From Hormiphora californensis (taxonomy: Eukaryota; Animalia; Ctenophora): a DNA stretch of 64,000 bases. The notes under the pieces were generated by a model. That model did not search any database, was not told the DNA's origin, and saw only the letters and a program-made list of their open reading frames with translations. Of this stretch, positions 63,317-64,000 are shown piece after piece. How positions within the stretch are numbered: the stretch's first letter is position 1; the number at the start of each line of letters is the position of its first letter. The stretch spans positions 5,208,001 through 5,272,000 of the forward strand of contig CM035359.1 of NCBI GenBank assembly GCA_020137815.1, read 5' to 3'. Position numbers and translations under genes: made by a program.

Positions 63317-64000
63317 CTAAAGAGGATAGAAGGGCGTGTCGGGGGAGGGACTGAAAAAAAGAGGACATTTCGGGGGAGTGGCCAAATTGGATTTTAATAA
63401 TTCACACCCAATATAACGGAGAACCTATTTGTGAGGAAGAAAGGGAAGGCACCACTGTGACTCATAATGGTGTTTGGTTACTGACACTGTTAATCTTTAC
63501 GAAGACTATAGGGCATAGGCAGTGCACTATAATAGGCAGTGCACAATACTACGATTAAGGAGACATTGGAGGCAATAGTTTTGAAAGTCCGTTTGAGAAA
63601 CATAATCTCAGAAACCTGGGAACCCCATCTCACATCACACACACACACACATCACACAACTCTCACATCACACACACTCTCACAACTCGCAAGATCAGGA
63701 TGCGTATATTCTACAAGGTCGTAACAGTCAACAAGTGTCTGGTGTATGTCAGTCAATGTGTCCGATATTTTCGTTTTTGTGAGAGAAAGAGAAGCTCAAA
63801 AACGGTGATTTATATTACCAAATTCCACCAATAAAAAGAAATTGGTGGAAATTGGTGTGTGTGGAACATTTGTGGAGGCTAAAACCATCTGGTATTATGA
63901 AACTGCTTTAGGAGAGGGACAATTGATTCATCTTAGAGAGAGGGAGATAGAGAGAGGGAGATAGAGAGGGGGGGGTCGTCACCTTTTATTTTGCCCACTT

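Overview
AT-rich, repeat-dense eukaryotic (animal) genomic window with short GT-AG introns and one 100-N scaffold gap. The repeat families look like those I recall from ctenophore (Pleurobrachia-like) genomes; this is an inference I could not verify. Ordinary genes: the last six exons of CFAP70/TTC18 (+, 1817-3676), a TMEM145-like gene with at least 14 exons (-, 34314 to <=19263), and a divergent class A-like 7TM GPCR (+, ~37710-41784). They are interspersed with many non-autonomous DNA transposons, a 5'-truncated CR1/L2-type LINE and tandem repeats. Main finding: from 63.3 kb down to 44.8 kb on the minus strand lies an array of 19 short C2H2 zinc-finger cassettes. It is flanked on its upstream side by a CCDC106-like cassette and on its downstream side by a 3-exon SIX-domain/homeodomain module. 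Every unit starts at a YAG splice acceptor in the same phase (phase 1), most have no usable start codon, and each ends in its own stop codon. This is the architecture of one gene with about 20 mutually exclusive last exons spliced to a shared 5' part that is not seen in the window. It is analogous to insect lola/mod(mdg4), but appears to offer DNA-binding modules of unrelated folds. Several single-base frameshifts suggest residual consensus errors in the assembly.
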